From contig CAUVGV010000001.1 in NCBI GenBank assembly GCA_963551505.1, forward strand, positions 10,704 to 42,703: a stretch of 32,000 nt of DNA, given 5' to 3'. This document shows, one piece after another, positions 30,293-32,000 of the stretch; the stretch's first letter is position 1; each line of letters opens with the position of its first letter. The notes beneath the pieces were generated by a model that was not told where the DNA came from, searched no databases, and saw only the letters and a program-made list of their open reading frames with translations. The stretch comes from an uncultured Kingella sp. GTDB taxonomy: Bacteria > Pseudomonadota > Gammaproteobacteria > Burkholderiales > Neisseriaceae. The position numbers and the translations under genes are program-made.

Positions 30293-32000
30293 CGTGGTCT
30301 GCGGCCGCTGCCGCCGCCGTCATTCTGATTCTGCTCTATTTCTTCTACCACCCCGAAAAACACCCGCCCGCCGCCGTCCAAACCCGCGAACGCCTGCCCG
30401 ATACCGCCAACGGCAGGCTGCGCGTGCTGGAAGCAGAGGAACTCATCCGCCTGCTCAAACTGGAACCGGTGCTGGCCAACATTAAGGTCAACCTCGGGCT
30501 GTCCGACGAAAACTGGCGGCGCGACGCACTGCCGACGCTGTATGCCTACATTGCTTTCGTGCAGCGGCTGCCCGCTTCCGAATCACACCACCACGCGGGC
30601 GACGGCGGGCTGGTGCGCCACACGCTCGACGTTGCCGTGCTTGCGCTGACCGCAGCTGTCGCTCGCAGCTGGCCGCCTGGTGCGAAAACCGAAGATATTG
30701 CCCGCTTGGGTGCGCCGTGGCGTTTCGGCATTCTGACCGCTGCGCTGTTGCACGACATCGGCAAAACCCTGACCGGCGTAAACGTGGAACTGTTTGAGCA
30801 CGCCGAAGATGCGCAGGGCAGTTTGTGGCTGCCCGATGCGGGTAATATGGCACAAAATGGCGGCCGCTGGTACCGCGTGTCCTTTCCCGAACACAAAGCA
30901 TCCTACACCCTGCATACCGAACTGGCGTGGACGTTTTTTGCCGCCATCGTGCCCGCTTCCGTACGCCGCTGGCTGGCTGCGGACGACCCGAAACTGCTGC
31001 CCGTGCTGAGGCAGTATCTGAGCGGGCAGCACGAAGGCAGCCCGTTTGCCGACATTATCCGCAAGGCCGACATGGCTTCCACCGCCCGCGACCTGAAAAG
31101 CGGTTCCCGTCAGCGTTTCGCCACCGCCAGACGCACGCCGCTGATTGAAACCGTGATGGAAACCCTGGTTGAAATGCTCGCCGAACGCGGCCGCTGGTTC
31201 AGCACCGCGTCCTCCGCCGGAGGCGACCTGTTTCGGCAAGGCGGCACGGTGTACATGGTGTCCAAACACGTCCCCGACCGCATCCGCGAGTTTCTGAAGC
31301 AGACCAAACACCCCGCTGCACCGTCCTTTCCCTCCGATAACCAGCGCGTCTTCGACACCTTGCTGGAATACGGCGCGGTGCTACCCAATCCCGCCGACGA
31401 ACGCCGCGCTGTTACCGCCGTCGATATTGCCTTTACGCGCAGCGACGGCGAAACGCGCAGCCAGCGTTTTACCATACTCGCTTTCAAACTGGAAACCCTG
31501 TACCCCGACGGCAACTACCCCGCCGAGTTCGCAGGTAGTCTGAACGTCAGCAGCGACCAAAGCCCCGCCCAACGGCAGGACAGGGCCGACACCGCAGCGC
31601 AGGAAACTGAGGCAGAGACCGCGCCGCAGGCAGCCGAAATCATTATTCCCGCCGATATTCCGCCCCCGCCGCGCAAGCGTCAGGACACGGAAACAGAAAA
31701 CCGAATTGGCAACGAAACTGAGGCAGCGTCCGTACCGCAGGCACGCTTTATGGCTGCCGCCGAAGATTTGTCCGAATACCGCGAAGCACCAAGGCAGCCT
31801 GAAAACACACACAGGCCGTCTGAAAAACTACCCGCAGGGCAGCCTGAAAACGTAGGCAGTCCCGCCGACACTTCCGGCGGCATCGACGCGCTGCTGGCCA
31901 AACACGGGCTGCTTGATGACGATGAAGAAATTGGGACAGAAAACGAAACCGCCGCTGCACAGCAGGCAGCGGCAGGGCAGACCGAAAGGCCGTCTGAAAA
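30283..32000 (+). CDS. traI: MobH-family (HD-domain) conjugative relaxase TraI; partial, continues beyond the window
   Basis: Not in the ORF track because no stop is reached. The frame is open from ATG 30283 to 32000. It has an N-terminal hydrophobic helix (AAAAAAVILILLYFFY), the motif LPASESHHHAGDGGLVRHTLDV and then LLHDIGK (HD domain), as in TraI of SXT/R391-type elements and the gonococcal genetic island. Confidence 0.85.
   Translation, partial: MPLTWSAAAAAAVILILLYFFYHPEKHPPAAVQTRERLPDTANGRLRVLEAEELIRLLKLEPVLANIKVNLGLSDENWRRDALPTLYAYIAFVQRLPASESHHHAGDGGLVRHTLDVAVLALTAAVARSWPPGAKTEDIARLGAPWRFGILTAALLHDIGKTLTGVNVELFEHAEDAQGSLWLPDAGNMAQNGGRWYRVSFPEHKASYTLHTELAWTFFAAIVPASVRRWLAADDPKLLPVLRQYLSGQHEGSPFADIIRKADMASTARDLKSGSRQRFATARRTPLIETVMETLVEMLAERGRWFSTASSAGGDLFRQGGTVYMVSKHVPDRIREFLKQTKHPAAPSFPSDNQRVFDTLLEYGAVLPNPADERRAVTAVDIAFTRSDGETRSQRFTILAFKLETLYPDGNYPAEFAGSLNVSSDQSPAQRQDRADTAAQETEAETAPQAAEIIIPADIPPPPRKRQDTETENRIGNETEAASVPQARFMAAAEDLSEYREAPRQPENTHRPSEKLPAGQPENVGSPADTSGGIDALLAKHGLLDDDEEIGTENETAAAQQAAAGQTERPSE

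Larger units (their letters stand above)
2030..31848. repeat. Dispersed DNA uptake sequence family AGGCAGCCTGAA (reverse complement TTCAGGCTGCCT)
   Basis: A manual scan found exact forward 12-mers starting at 5366, 5469, 6543, 6912, 8300, 8912, 9092, 10215, 14029, 14043, 14119, 18842, 22739, 24848, 24948, 26758, 26837, 28095, 29739 and 31792. Exact reverse copies start at 2030, 3361, 5028, 6938, 7405, 8077, 10194, 10360 and 14906. More than 15 further copies match only the 10-nt core GCAGCCTGAA (e.g. 10986, 11016, 11073, 11981, 17389, 19473, 20625, 23840, 23921, 23993, 31837). Confidence 0.9.
25945..32000. mobile_element. Fragment of a conjugative element (ICE or plasmid-derived). It holds a divergent T4SS/pilus-type operon and a MobH-type relaxase operon, and continues past the window end.
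   Basis: TraL-like, OmpA lipoprotein, DsbA-like and GspE/PilB-type ATPase genes on the minus strand. HD-domain TraI relaxase on the plus strand. Repeat-rich non-coding region between them. Confidence 0.7.

Noticed and set aside
5366-31848. The recurring 12-mer AGGCAGCCTGAA could suggest a CRISPR array or another tandem repeat system.
   Set aside because: Copies are irregularly spaced (tens of nt to several kb), occur in both orientations, and mostly lie inside coding sequence or form terminator stems. This is the behaviour of a DNA uptake sequence, not of CRISPR repeats. No cas-like ORFs are present.
1-32000. tRNA, rRNA, tmRNA or integrase/att-type features.
   Set aside because: No cloverleaf-like or rRNA-like sequence and no tyrosine or serine recombinase ORF were recognised by eye. 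A Mu-type element would not need them. The absence cannot be proven without a covariance-model search.

Overview
The window looks like Neisseriaceae chromosome. It is GC-rich by eye, and AGGCAGCCTGAA, which I recall as the Kingella-type dialect of the DNA uptake sequence (DUS), occurs about once per kb on both strands. Positions 1 to about 25.9 kb are a single Mu-like transposable prophage, almost entirely on the + strand. Its early region encodes a wHTH regulator, a DUF3102-like protein, a MuA-type DDE transposase, a MuB-type AAA+ ATPase, five small translationally coupled ORFs, DUF3164, HU, GemA and Mor. Its late region encodes a head protease/scaffold, major capsid, decoration and connector proteins, a complete P2-type contractile tail (sheath, tube, E/E' chaperones, tape measure, U, X, D, V, W, J, I, fibre, fibre chaperone), a permuted papain-fold peptidase and a Dam methylase. 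The usual lysis, terminase, portal and MuF block between mor and the protease is missing; only 298 bp of terminators and a promoter lie there. Each of the three late operons is preceded by an intrinsic terminator and a near-identical TTAA-N6-TTAAAAG box at an identical distance from a -10 hexamer, probably the regulon of the single Mor-family activator. A small membrane-protein gene sits antisense between the tail chaperones and the tape measure, and an (ACAG)5 tract sits at the 5' end of dam. Positions about 25.9 to 32 kb are part of a conjugative element. A minus-strand operon (GspE/PilB-type ATPase, DsbA-like protein, unknown, OmpA lipoprotein, TraL) stops abruptly at the prophage edge. A 650-bp repeat-rich, oriT-like divergent region follows, containing a possible small RNA. 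A MobH/HD-domain TraI relaxase then runs off the window, and its C-terminal tail mixes two DUS dialects in frame. All product calls come from motif recognition by eye; no database search or computation was possible.
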